Notes: generated by a model from the sequence alone, not told the origin. Counted from the first letter of the stretch, positions 24,524 through 37,144 are shown. The stretch is 64,000 nt of DNA from Torpedo marmorata (GCA_977017645.1 OZ360236.1:25358001-25422000); one strand, 5' to 3'. Program-made: numbers and translations.

Positions 24524-25928
24524 TTTTTTTTTTTTTTTTTTTTTAATTTTTATTTAATTTTTAAAATCACAAAATACATAGTCAAAAATAATATATTATT
24601 CAAAATACATGTGATATTTTTACCATCCCCCCTTCCCTCCCTCCCCTCCCCAGCCCTCCCACACTATTCTAATAAAGAGAAAAAAAAAAAGAATATATAG
24701 AAATGTTAGTTAAAAGGAAAGAAATAGAATGAGAAATAAAGTTAAGAGAGTTAGTATGAGGAGAAAACTATTTCAGACTAACTCTATTTGTATATGGAGG
24801 ATACTTTTGTCAGCGGTACTAACTTTTAGAGAATTAATTCATACCCATAATTCTCATATATGGGCTCCAAATTTTCAAAAAGAAATGATATTTGTCTCGT
24901 AAATTATACGTAATTTTTTCCAGTGGTATACAAGAACGTAACTCTGCATGTAATCTATCTAAATTCAAATCTAAGTCTGATTTCCAAGTAATAGCAATAC
25001 ATTTTTTTGAAATAGCTAACACAATTCGTAAAAATTCTATTTGGTACATATTTAATCTATTTCTAATACTAATTTTTTTTATATCTCCAAATAAAAATAT
25101 CATAGGATCCATTGGAATCATAATATTAAAAATTCTATCTAAAAAATCTTTGACTTTAGACCAAAAATTTTTAATTTTCAAACATGACCATGTACAATGT
25201 ACAAAAGAACCTATTTCATCTTTACATCTAAAACACATATCTGACAATGCCGGATTGAATTTCTTTAATTTTTTGGGTGTTATATATAATTGATGAAAAA
25301 AGTTATACTGTACTAATCTATATCTAACATTAATAATCTTAGTCATACTCAATTTACACAATTCTTTCCAGTGTTGTTCATCTATATTAGTATTTAGATC
25401 TGATTCCCAATTTAATCTAGATTTATGCAATCCTACTTTAGGTATCTTTTTCTGAAATAATTTATACATTTGCGATATAAATTTATTAACATTTCCATTA
25501 GTAATTAATAACTCTAACCCATCCTGTCTAGGAGATATTAATTGATTCCCTAATTTCTCAACTAAAAATCCTTTAACTTGATAATAAGCCAAAATTGTAT
25601 TATCCATTATTCCAAATTTTTCTTTCAATCTAGAAAAAGTAACAAATCTTCCTGCCTCAAAACAATCTTTAATCTTCTTAATTCCTTTTTGATACCATAA
25701 TTTTAAAAATTGATTATCCATAGAAAATGGTAATAATAAATTCTGATATAATGGCATATTTAAAGAGATTGATCCTTTTCGCCCTATTTCATTATCTAAT
25801 TGATTCCAAATCTCTAATAAATGTCTAATAATCGGTGACTTTTTCTTTTTAATCAATAATAATTTAGAATTCCATTTATAAATAATATCTTCCTTATTTC
25901 TTTCTCCTATATTACTTAATTCTATATT
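24524..25928 (-). mobile_element. L1-clade LINE, 5'-truncated, with poly(A) and TSD
   Basis: Open ORF2 C-terminus with CFRC..GSFVHCTWSC; poly(T) on the plus strand; 16-bp TSD TGTAGACACCATGGTT at 24508-24523 and 25929-25944. Confidence 0.93.
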
Positions 25929-26175
25929 TGTAGACACCATGGTTGAAGTAAAAACACAAATGCTGGAGAAGCTCAGCAGGTCAAACAGTGTCCTTTATGT
26001 AGCAAAGGTAGAAATACATAACCAATGTTTCGGGCTTGAGCCCTTCATCAACGTATGAGAAAATGCCGGCAGATGTCCAAACAAAAGAGTGGGGGGAGAA
26101 GGAGGGTGGCAAAGGCAGGAGATGATAGATGGAGGGAGGGAACAGCAGCAATGAGGGGGAGGATGGATGGCTGGG

Positions 26176-26896
26176 TTGCTTTGAATGGCCCATTGGGGGA
26201 GCCGACGGTGGTTTTATTTAAGATCCCGCGACCACGGGGTCTGCGCCCAAGAGGGCAGCGCCTTTTAACCGGCAGCAGCCACGAGGGGCTGCAGACTCCG
26301 GGGAATCGGAGGACTGGAGCAGGGCACCAGAGGACGGGAAGATCACCCCCCCATCTGAGAAGGAGAAGCGGAGGAGACGACCCACGAGACGGTGACCACG
26401 GCGGCGAACCAGTGAGGGGCTCTGAGGCTGAAGGACCAGTGCACGCGGCAGGTTGCTGGCGACTCGAGGCGAGGAACCCGCGGAGGCTGTGGGCTGCTGG
26501 AGACTGCTGTCGGGGGACTCATGCTGGGCTGCGGACTGCTGGAGGTTGGCTCGAACCGGCTGGAGGAATTCCAGGTATCGGAACCGGGATGCGAGGGGGT
26601 GCTGAGGGCGCCCTGACCGTGTTGGAGGTTAGGATCTGGAGCTCGGTTTGCCGATCGTTTGGACTGGACTCTGTGTGGCTGCGGAGGCTGCGGAAGGGCT
26701 GGAGGCGAATCTACGGACACTCGGTGACTCTGGGGGGGATTATCTTTTGCTTCTCTTTCTCTGACTGTAAGGAATGTAAGAGGCGCTTAGGCAATTTTTG
26801 CCGGTGGCGAATCTGTCTGCCTTGCAGCAGGCAAAAAGAAATTTCATGGAATATGACACTGTTTTATTACTATGACAATAAATTGAATCTTGAATG
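26176..26896 (+). mobile_element. GC-rich non-autonomous retroelement, 5'-truncated copy
   Basis: Collinear with 29683-30354; tail AATAAATTGAATCTTGAAT. Confidence 0.8.
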
Positions 26897-27768
26897 TTGA
26901 ACTGGAAGGACAGGGAAGGGGGGAGGGGAAGGAAGAGGTGAGCAGGTTTAGTGGGAAGCAGAAAAGTCAATGATAATGCCATCTGGCTGGAGAGTGCCCA
27001 GACGGAAAATAAGGTGTTGATCCTCCAATTTGCAGGTGGTCTGGGTGGGATAGTACACAAGGCCATGGACATACATGTGAGTGTGTCTCAGAATTGAAAT
27101 GGTTGGCTACTGGGAGGTCGCTGTTGTTGCAGACAGAGAGGAGGTGCTCAGCGAAGCGATCTCCCAATCTACGACCGGTCTCTCCGATGTAGAGAATGCT
27201 ACAAAGGGAGCACTGGATGCAGTAAATAAGTTCTCTGGATGTATAAGTGAAGTGTTGCTTCACTTGAAAGGCCTGTTTGGGGCCCCGGACTGTGGTGAGG
27301 GGGGAGGTGTGGGTGCAAGTGTTGCACCTCCTGCGGGCACAGGGGAAGGTGCCGGGGGTGCGATGGGTGGGGAGGGATGAGTGCACGAGGGAATCGCGGA
27401 GGGAGCGGTCCCTGCGGAAGGCCGAGAGGGGAGGAGAAGGAAAAATGTGTCTGGTGGTGGGATCCTGTAGTAAGTGCCGGAAATTCCGGCGGATAATGTG
27501 TTGGATGCGGAGGCTAGTGGGGTGGTAGGTGAGGATGAGGGGGATTCTATGTTTGTTGCGTCTGAGGGCAGAGGGGGCCAGGGCAGATGAGCAGGAAATG
27601 GAGGAGATGCGGGTGAGGGCTGAGTTGATGGTGGTGGAGGGGAAGCCACGTTTGTGGAAGAAGGCAGACATTTCAGAAGATCTGGACTGGAAGACCTCAT
27701 CTTGGGAACAGATGCGGCGGAGACAGAGAAATTGAGAGAAGGGGATGGAATCCTTGCAGGGGACCGGG

Positions 27769-28200
27769 TGTTCTTCTTGTTATTTCCTCAAAGAATTCCA
27801 ACAGATTTGTTTGGCAAAATTTTCCCTTCAAGAAACCATGCTGACTTCGGCCTACTTTACCGAGTGCCTCCAAGTACACTGAAACCTCATCCTTAATAAG
27901 AGATTCTAACATTTTACCAACCACTGAAGTCAGGCTAACCAGCCTATCTGTCTTTTGCCTCCCTCCATTCTTAAAGAGTGGAGTGACATTTGCAAATTTC
28001 CAATCCTCCAGAACCATTCCAGAATCTAGCGATTTCTGAAAGATCACAACCAATGCCACCACAATTTCATCAGCGACCTGTTTCAAAACCCTGGGATGTA
28101 GTTCATCTGGTCCAGGTGATTTATCTGCCTTCAGTCCTTTCAACTTTCCCAGCACCTTCTCCTTGGTAATACCAACTACACACACTTCTGTCATCACCCT
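27769..28200 (-). mobile_element. CR1 RT fragment
   Basis: KSPGPDELHPRVLKQ, VSLTSVVGK, SQHGFLKGK..TNLLEFFE. Confidence 0.88.
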
Positions 28201-28690
28201 CTCCCAGGCCAATATCTCAAGCACTGAAACCTGAGTTACTCTTAGTTAGCCACCACACTTCCATGCCCAAAGCCAGACTCTCAAAATAGACATTCTATTC
28301 TGACCTGTCTATTCTCCAGGCAGATGGAGAAAACTGTTTAAGAATGTGCTCAAAATGTTCCAGGAAGAAATGGTACATTCCCAACAACTACTGGGAAACT
28401 TTGGCTCATGACTGTTGAAAATAGAAAAGAAACATTGAGGATAGTATTGATAATTTCAAGGCCTCACGTTGGGAATGCACGGAAGCCCTGCATGAGTGTG
28501 GAAGGAGCGCACCACCCCATAAAGCACCCGCCTACCTGCCCCATTGGCCGCCTCCTGTCCCATCCACACCAGAGTCTCTGGTTCCTACAGTGGCCTCGGA
28601 AGCGACAAAAATTGGAGAACAAGCAAGCCTTCTTCAGTCTGAGTATCCGTCCAAGAACATGGACCAGCTGAAGGGACCTAATCCTCACTG
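28200..28690 (+). mobile_element. Degenerate RTE LINE 3' fragment
   Basis: Decayed RTE C-terminal features (R.LFKNVLK, WETLAHD, TCP..GR..C). Confidence 0.5.
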
Positions 28691-29374
28691 AAGGAATGAA
28701 TTTTAGTTGATGTACATGATCCTTAGATATTGTATATTGTCACATTTTTGGACAATGAAAAGAAATTCAACTAATGGCAAAAGATTTCAAGCCAATCAAG
28801 TCAAAGAACAGGGAACTTTTAAGACAGTAATCTAAACTTACATTTGCAGCATTTTGGAAAATTCATCCTTCAAGTGCCTCTTGTGCTTTCTTCATTCATT
28901 TTTTTGTTGTTAATCACCATGATCTTGCACTCTTGGGTAAATATTCAACTTACTCCTTTCCTCAGCTTATTTCCATCGTCATGCTTCTTCAGGGAGCAGG
29001 AGATGACACAGAGGCAGCACCATGGTGCAACAGTTGGTGTTGCTGTCTCGTATTGCAAGGACCTGGAATTGAATCTGAATTTGTGTGGAGTTTCTGGATT
29101 TTCTCCCATGCCACCACAAGGGCTGGTAGGTAACTTGATGAATGAAAATTAATCCTACATGCAGGTAAATGGCAAAAAATGAGTTGTTGGCTATGAGTGA
29201 GTGAATAAGATGTATTGTTACAGGAAAATAAGGAGGGGGTAATGGAACTGATCCACTGGGAGCAGCATGGTCTGAATAACCTCCTCCTGTGTTGCAGTAA
29301 GTAACAGATGATGAAGAAGCCAAGACAACTCCATCTTTGGCCAAGAGTCAATATATTCATGAAAGTGAGAAGAG

Positions 29375-30610
29375 TTTGTCACATACACAAGTACAATGTA
29401 CAAATGCAATGAAACTCTTATTTGCTGCAGCTTCCCAGTTATGTAAAACATGCTTACAACAAGAATAATAAAGACAAAAAGGGCAATAAATATAACAGGA
29501 AGATAAAATAAGATAAATAAAAATATTCACAGTTGGCCAGTTATGCAGAAGATGGCGGCGCTGCCGGAGCCGCTGTAGCGGCAGCGCTGCCGCTGGTGCG
29601 GACCCGCGAGGAGCGTGGGAGTGGAGATACAGCGCTCCCGCGGGGTCCAGCCGCCCAGTCGACTGCCGTCGGTTCCGCACGGGCTTTGAACGGCCCGTTA
29701 AAGGAGCCGACGGTGGTTTTATTTGAGATCCAGCGACCACGGGGTCTGCGCCCAAGATGGCAGCGCCTATTAATCGGCAGCAGCCACGAGGGGCTGCAGA
29801 CTCTGGGGAAGCGGGGGACTGGAGCAGGGCACCAGTGGACGGGAAGATCACCCCCGTTTGAGAAGGAGAAGCGGAGGAGACGACCCACGGGACAGTGAGC
29901 ACAGCGGCCGACCGGTGAGGGGCTCTGAGGCTGAAGGACCAGTGCATGTGGCGGGCTGCTGGAGACTGCTGTCAGGGGACTCACGACAGGCTGCGGACTG
30001 CTGGAGGTTGGCTCGAACTGGCTGGAGGAGTACCAGGAATCGGAACCGGGATGTGAGGGGGTGCCGAGGGCGACCTGACCGTGTTGGAGGTTCGGATCTG
30101 GAGCTCGGGATGCCGATCGTTTGGACTGGACTCTGTGTGGCTGCAGAAGTGCTGGAGGCGAATCTATGGACACTCGGTGACTCTGGGGGGACTCTCTTTT
30201 GCTTCTCTTTCTCTGACTGTAAGGAATGTTAGAGGCGCTTAGGCAATTTCTGCCGATGGCGAATCTGTCTGCCTTGCAGCAGGCAAAAAGAAATTTCATG
30301 GTATATGACACTGTCTTATTGCTGTGACAATAAATTGAATCTTGAATCTTGAATGTGTTCTGTCAGGAGTGCAGATGGATCTTTGGTGGTGTTGCAGTGG
30401 TGTAATGGTTTGGGTGATATGGGAGGTTAAAAAGTCTGACAGCTATTGAAAAACAATGTTTTTTGAACTTAGAAGTGCCGGACTTTAGGCTTCTATACCT
30501 TCTACCTGAAGGCAGCAGTGAAAAGAGAGCATTGCCAGGTTGATGGGTGTCTTTTATGATGTTGGCTGCCTTCCTGAGGCAGCGCCTAATGGAGATGTCT
30601 TTGATGGATG
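29375..30610 (-). mobile_element. Old Rex-like 3' fragment hosting the GC-rich element
   Basis: RRCLRKAANIIKDTHQPG-like frame at 30535-30590; 3' UTR-like sequence at 29375-29535. Confidence 0.55.
29536..30354 (+). mobile_element. GC-rich non-autonomous retroelement, apparently full length (~0.82 kb)
   Basis: Begins near AAGATGGCGGC; ends AATAAA(TTGAATC)n; second copy at 26176-26896; no RT coding and no evident pol III A/B boxes. Confidence 0.8.
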
Positions 30611-31579
30611 TTTTTTGTGAAGCATCACAGGCTGATTAAGTCAGATACCTGAAATTAGCCACAACATCCTCAAGAACGGACACACAGCAGTCAGGTACCA
30701 GCACCCCACATGAAACCCACACTCTGAACTCTTTAAACAATGAATTAGCAACTCCCACAGGAAGAATCAATAAAATCATTGAACTGATAACATTATTCCA
30801 ACAGTTAATTTTCAAACCAAAATAATGCAAATGTTTAAATAAATCAAGAATACATTATTAAACCGGATATATGCTGGTATCCTGTGGGAAATTAATTTGA
30901 GAAATTTGTATTTCTTATTTAGGTTCCAATGTCTTTTTGCTCTTTTCCTAAAACAACATTTTCTACTTGTTTTTCTAAAAATATATTGGAGCACCATGAT
31001 ATTTTAGGTATTTACATGAGTCATTCAGACTTGGCTATTGATATCACAGTTTGCTCTTCACGATGGCCTTTCAACTTCCTTTTTTTGTTAAAAATTGCTT
31101 TTGTTTAAATTTACCTTGACTACATCCTCATCTAACCTGGGGCTTAACCTCATGCAGCTAAAAAGAAAGCAGATATTGTCCAGATCCAAAAGGCTGACAC
31201 TTCATTGAGGTTTGGAAAATGATATGAAACAAAACGACTTGAAATGTTGAAAATGTAATTTCATTGACCTGTGGCACTAAGATCAATAGAACTCTAACTC
31301 AGATGATTTGCGAGACAAAAGAGTTGTACTTAGCCATACAAATATGTTCCAAGTTCAAAAGAAATCAGCATAGCCTGGACCTTAATGCAAACAATTATTG
31401 ACATTGATGATATGCTGCAGCATCTGAGACATGGCCTATTTATTGGAATTTTGCTTCAATGTCTGGCATCACTTTGGAGAACTGCAGAGAGCTCAAATTG
31501 GCAGGTAAAGACATCCCTTTCTCAAAACTGAAGCACTATTAAAATCTTGATTATCCATTGGAAAGTAAAAGTGAGGAAA

Positions 31580-32372
31580 TAGTAAAAACACAGAAATGTT
31601 GGAGGAACTCAGCAGGTCTCGCAGCGTTCATTGGAAGTAAAGATATATAACAGAAGTTTTGGGCCTGAGCCTTTCTTCAAGCTATGAGCAAAAAGCAGGC
31701 AGGCACCTGAATAAAAAGGCTGGGAGAGAAGGGCAGGGGGAGCAGCACAGGCCAACAGGCAAAAGGCGATAATTGGATATGGATAGGAGGGGAGGAAAGG
31801 AAAGGTGAAAATTGATCGGGGGAGTGGTGTGGCTCTGTGAATGCAGACGTGAAGGAAAGGAGATGGAAGGAAAGGGAAAGAGAGAGAGAGAGAGACAGAG
31901 CTAGAGGAAAGGAGAAATAGGGATGGGGAAGGAGAGAGATGTGGGGGGAGGGGGGGCTAACAGAAACCAGAGAAGTCAATGTTAATGCCATCTGGATGGA
32001 GGGTGCCCAGACGGAATATGAGGTATTTTTCATCCAATTTGCGGGTGGTCTCAATCTGGCAGTGCACAAGACCATAGACAGACATGTCGGTATGAGAATG
32101 GGACAGGGAATTGAAATTGGTGGCCACTAGGAGGTCCCCTCTATTGCAACGGACAGAGCAAAGGTGCTGAACAAAGTGATCTCCCAGTCTGCATCCAGTC
32201 TCTCCGATGTAGAGGCGACCATAACGGGAGCACCGGATGCAGTAGATGACCCCTGCAGATTCACAAGTGAGGTGTTGGGGGCCCCGAATGGTGGAGAGGG
32301 AGGTGGTGTGGGCGCGTGTAGAATTTTTTGCGGTCACAGGGGTAGGTGCCAAGGGGGCGATTGCTGGGAAGG
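31580..32372 (-). mobile_element. Penelope-like element 3' fragment (GIY-YIG)
   Basis: VIYCIRCSRYGRLYIGETG, LIFRLGTLHPDGINIDFS. Confidence 0.88.
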
Positions 32373-32377
32373 GAAGA

Positions 32378-32780
32378 TAGTGGGTTCAAGTTCTACTCCA
32401 GTGATTTGTGCATAACGATTTCAGCTTGTGCTCCAGTGCAGTACTGGGAGAGTGTTGCATAGTCATAGGTGCTGCCTTTGGAATGAGATGTCAGACTGAG
32501 GCCCCATCTGCTCTCTCAGCTGGACACAAAACATCCCATAGTACCATTTCGAAGAAGTGCAGGGGGGTTATCCTGATGTCCTCGCCAGTATTTATTCCTC
32601 AATCATTCATCAATGTGCAATAACACAAGCACGTTGTTCTGTGGTTGTATGTGGGAGAATGTTACACTCAAGTTAGCTGTTGTCTCTGAATTTTTAGAGT
32701 AACTACACTTCGAAAGTCTGTAAAATGAGTGCAAAGCGCTTGGAGGTGCCGTGAAAAGATTGTTATGAACACTACAAGTT
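32378..32780 (+). mobile_element. Deu-domain SINE (SacSINE1-like)
   Basis: B-box-like GGTTCAAGT; Deu-like core GGTGCTGCCTTT..GAGATG...GAGGCCCCATCTG...GAAGAAG.GCAGGGG...TCCTG; L2-like tail AAAGCGCTTGG. Confidence 0.65.
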
Positions 32781-33973
32781 GGCCACACATGGCGAGTAAA
32801 CAATCATAGAATGCACAGTGTAAAAACATTAAAATCAGTCAACCTTTCAGTAAAGGGCAAAGAGTGAACTCAGTCCAGGGGAGATATTGATCAGAGAGGA
32901 TCAATATTGTTGCAGGGGAGGAGTTGGTTGACAGAGGGTTTAACAGCAAACATAACACATGCTGGAGGGGTCCTGACTGAGAAAGTAAGATTGTTTCAAA
33001 CTTCTGTTGGAGAGGCGTGAACTGAGGGGAGGAAGGGGGAATAGGGCATCTGTAACCTGACCTTAATGCAGCATCTTGATGCTGTGTCATGGACCTCCCT
33101 TAACCCACCGATCCCCAGACCAAGGAGATGCCTTGCATCCACCGTCTCTTACCTGATCGATCGTTGGCCCCAAACGCCACTTCACACGCTGCAGGGTCCT
33201 CGGTTCACACTGCCAGTACTGAGAAGCACTGTCTCTCCCTTTACTCACACTGCTGAGGTGGGACAATACCACCCTCTGTGACCTCACTGGTCACCAAACT
33301 GCTGGGGGATCCCAGGCAACTCCCAGCTGAGGAGGGAGAAGAGTGTGTGCCTGGGGTGTGATGGGCTTTTCAATATGTTGGCTGCCTCTCCTCGGCAACA
33401 GGAGATGTAGATGAAGTCCATGGAGGGGAGAAATGTTTGCATGACATTCTAAGCTCCATCCACCACCTTCTGCAGCTGCTTCCAACTTTGAGCAGAGTAG
33501 CTCCCATGCCACAATGTTAAGCATCCAGCAAGTCTGCTTTCAACGGTGCACCTGTAGAAGTTGTTGACGGTCATGGGGGCATGCCCAATGTCCTTAGTCT
33601 TCATTACATGCTTTCTTCATTGAAACATCAACGTGATTGGTTCAAGTCAGCTCATTGAATGTTTACTCCAAAGAATTTGGATCTATCTGCTCTTTCCACC
33701 TCAGCTCTATTGATGAGGGGATCATTAATTGATCATTTCAAAATTATTGGCCTTTCTACATGACCAATCATCGCTATGACTTTTTTCCCCTCACAATATT
33801 GTAACTTTTAGGCACACACTGTCTTCTAAAATTTTTTTAATTCACTTTGGCCAACTTCCTATTTGTATTCAATATCAGCTGCATTGCCCCCCCAGATCAG
33901 CAAGCATTTATTTTATCTTATAAATAGTATCTCCCCCTAACAGCGAGTTTTGGTGGGAAGGATGAGGGGAGGC

Positions 33974-34307
33974 ACAATAGACAAGAGGTGCTGGAGTAGG
34001 CCCTTCGGCCCGTCAAGCCAGCACCGCCATTTTACAGATCATGGCTGATCAGTACTATCAGTACCCCTTTCCAGCCTTATCCCCATAAAATAACGAGCTG
34101 ATCTATCTCTCTCCTGTACGCTTCCTCATTGCCGTTTGTGATTCTTCTGACAACCGTGGTGTCATCGGCAAACTTTTTTATTTTTAAAAAATATATATTT
34201 TATTTTAAAATTTTAATCACACGATAATACATATTTATAAATTTCAGAAATATCAAAATACATGTGATATATTTTCACCCTCCCCTCCCTCCCTTCCCCC
34301 TCCCTAA
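33974..34307 (-). mobile_element. Composite of CR1 3' end, Rex RT piece and L1 3' UTR
   Basis: 33974-34087 matches 4834-4940; ~34097-34172 matches ~2583-2658; ~34173-34307 resembles the L1 3' ends at 24524-24660 and 56196-56312. Confidence 0.75.
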
Positions 34308-35129
34308 CTGAACAGCATATTTTTTAAATGTTTGGGAAGATAGCCGCGTGAATCTATGTATGTTTTAAAAAGCTTGAGGGATTGCTTGTTTTAATGATAG
34401 ATAGACAGAATACAAAAAAGGAAATTATGCTTTGGAGAAGTAGCCTCAGTTGTAATATTGTTGTTACTTCCCAACATTAAACTTTATGAAAGGTGTCAAG
34501 GCTTTGGAAATGTGCACAAAATATTTTTGAAACTGGTACCTGCATTTTTTGTGTTTCGCTCAGATTTCCAGAATTCACAGTAATTTGTTCCAATATCATT
34601 TGTTTTGTTCTTAAATTGCTCTTTTCAAATCTTATTGCTCTTTCCACATGACCAATTATCACTATGAATTTTTTTTAAATCACACAATACTTTTGACTCT
34701 TAGGTACATGCTGTCTTACACACTTTTGCAAGTTCACTCTGAATTCAATATGAGCTTCATTACCAACCAGACTTTTTAAATTATCTTGTCAGGTCAGAAA
34801 GTAAGGTTCACAAATTCGAGCAACATTTTAAAGGTACTATCAAACTTGTGACATCTTTGATCAGCAGTATTCCCTTGAGAAGAATTGAAATATTACAAAA
34901 AGTCCCCGGTATCCAGCACCTACAGGGATTGCGGATGCCAGATATGCAAATTTTCCGGTTGATTGAGACACACTGTTACAATGCCTAACTAATACACCTG
35001 CGTTAAGAATAAACAGTTTAAAAAACATAAGACAGCACAAAATGTAAAGTAATTTGAAAAAATTCAGTATTCTAGTCCTTAATTATGTCAAGTTCACTTT
35101 AATCAGGCAATTCCTGTTACTGTCTTCCT

Positions 35130-35490
35130 TAGGGTTTGAAGAATGATGCGGTGATCTATTCAAGCATACAAACGGCTCAGGGAACTTGACAGGCTAGATG
35201 TTGGGATGTTTCCACCAGTGGTAGACTCTCGGGCAAGAGGACATACAGTAACTACAAGAGACCGATCATGGTTCTTTTCACAGATGCTGGTGAATCCCTA
35301 GAACTCTCTGCCCAAGCAGATGGTAGAAGCTGAATTATTCAAAGGATTCAAAGCAGAAGTGTATAAGAAGAGAAGGTGTGGAGAAATGGCACAGAAGATG
35401 GAGTCCAGCTTAGATCAGCCTGATCGTAACTCATGGTAAGACAGGTTTGAAGGGCCCGATAGCCAACTTCTGCTCCTATTTTCTTGTGTG
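35130..35490 (+). mobile_element. Old CR1 3' fragment
   Basis: Decayed GDL..AYK / TRGH / LWNSLP region and CR1 3' end. Confidence 0.55.
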
Positions 35491-36872
35491 GAGGGGAAAT
35501 CAAAGGACACCTACATCAGTTGAACTGCAACAGAACCTCATCCTTTGCATGAAAGTGATGGAATATTTTAGTCAGTAGTGGCAAAGGACACCACCATAAT
35601 ATTTAATTGGATTTATTTTTGGAAGGTGGTGTTTTTAAAAAAAAAATCAGTCCACCATAAAGTTTGGTTATTATTTCAAAGATTTACATCCAAGTCAACC
35701 AAAGGAGGCATGGCTATTGATAAACCCTTTGTGTACCCCCAGGTTACAAGATGAATTTCAACTTTATCCTGGTTAGGAATTAGATTCCACGAGAAAAATC
35801 ATATACATTCCTGCCACTTGACAAAAAGTCTAGAAGCGACCCTATCATAAAAATGCCTAATTGATAGATGCATAAAGACTGATTTTCCTTATTGATGCTT
35901 TCACAGGAAGGGATCCTTGCTGACTGTCCACATATCACTCCATATCCCGAGAGTGGTTGAGGAGACTTGCTATTCTTGGTTAGTGACAAAACAGAAAGTT
36001 AATTCTCTAATTAATGTGCCATGGTAGCCAGAATAAAAATACACAGCATTTAACATCTGAGGCAACAACAAACCAAATGCTCCAAGGACAAAGGAATATG
36101 TATTCTGATATTTTAAGTAATTAAATATCATAAACTGTTTTGTTGTGAAAAAATCCTGAACAAATTAAAGAACTTTTCAGGAGGCTTACTCAAACACAGC
36201 AGAATTGAGATAGATGATTTGACAATGAAGCTGGGTGTTGGCAAATTAGAAATGGCTTGTGTAGGGGAGGGGGATTGGATTGAAGAGGAAGGAGATAGTT
36301 AACAGTTAAGTATTGGGACACTTGTGGAGATCAGAAACATTGGTGAAGAGAAGGGAAGTTAAATGCAACTTTGCTTCTGGCAATTCCCAGTGGACTGCAC
36401 CTCACCTGCAGCAGCAAACATCTCCAAAATAAATAATCTTTGGAACTTTCTTCCCTGCGGTGAACTCTGCTGTGAGACTCAGGAACTGCTGCACAGATAC
36501 AAAAGCTTTCTTATATATTGTGTCACTTTTAATAATACAACGCGATTATGTCCAAAGTCATGTATTGAGACCATTTCAAAATGTTTTTCCTTTCAAATTT
36601 AATATCAAGATCTATTACTCAATTCAGGCCTATTGACTGGATATCAAAAGGGATGCAAATGTCAAATCCCTCAATTTATGGTTCATCTTTATTGACTGAC
36701 GAGGAGAACTCTGGAGAAGGAGCAGATTAAGCTGGTTCATCACCTAGATGAGGCAATGTGAAGGTGGGATAGTAGGGGTATGGTCAGGAGGAATCCATTC
36801 TCCAGGGTCTTCATTTGGTGGTTGATCTGATGGATCAAGCTTGGTGGAAATACATCGGCTTTCCCTGGCCAA

Positions 36873-37144
36873 CAAATTTAATTTAAATTTAGACATACAG
36901 CACGGTAACAGGCCCTTTCGGCCCATGAGCCCGTGCCGCCCAATTACACCCAATTGACCTACAAACCCAGTACTTTTTAAAAGGTGGGAGGAAACCGGAG
37001 CACCCGGAGGAAATCCATGAAAGCACAGGGAGAATGTATAAACTCCTTACAGACAGTGCCGGATTTTAACCCTTGTCGCTGGCGCTGTAACAGCGTTGCG
37101 CTAACCGCTATGCTAACCATGCCACCCCTACGCTAACCGCGCCG
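36873..37144 (-). mobile_element. V-SINE (tRNA-derived head, V domain, CR1-like tail)
   Basis: Head GGCA.GGTTAGC.TAGCGGTTAG; V domain TCCTCCGGGTGCTCCGGTTTCCTCCCAC; tail GGGCCGAAAGGGCCTGTT. Confidence 0.88.

Larger units (their letters stand above)
24489..27768 (-). mobile_element. Penelope-like element (RT C-terminus + GIY-YIG endonuclease + 3' end), split by an L1 and by a GC-rich retroelement
   Basis: RIPLILTYHP, AFRRDRSLRDSLV, C..RRCNTC, LIYCIQC...YIGETGRRLGDRFAEHL; terminal sequence restored by removing the L1 matches 63203-63400. Confidence 0.9.

Noticed and set aside
26055-26900. 281-aa G/R-rich ORF (and 256-aa ORF at 29541-30311)
   Set aside because: Stop-poor GC-rich repeat; the frame starts in Penelope sequence and is not preserved between the two copies
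34895-35000. Tigger-like terminal sequence
   Set aside because: No matching second TIR or TSD found; too degenerate to call
35735-35780. Possible 29-nt microexon (CCCCAG|...CCTG|GTTAGG)
   Set aside because: Splice-like sites alone are expected by chance in 64 kb; no supporting homology
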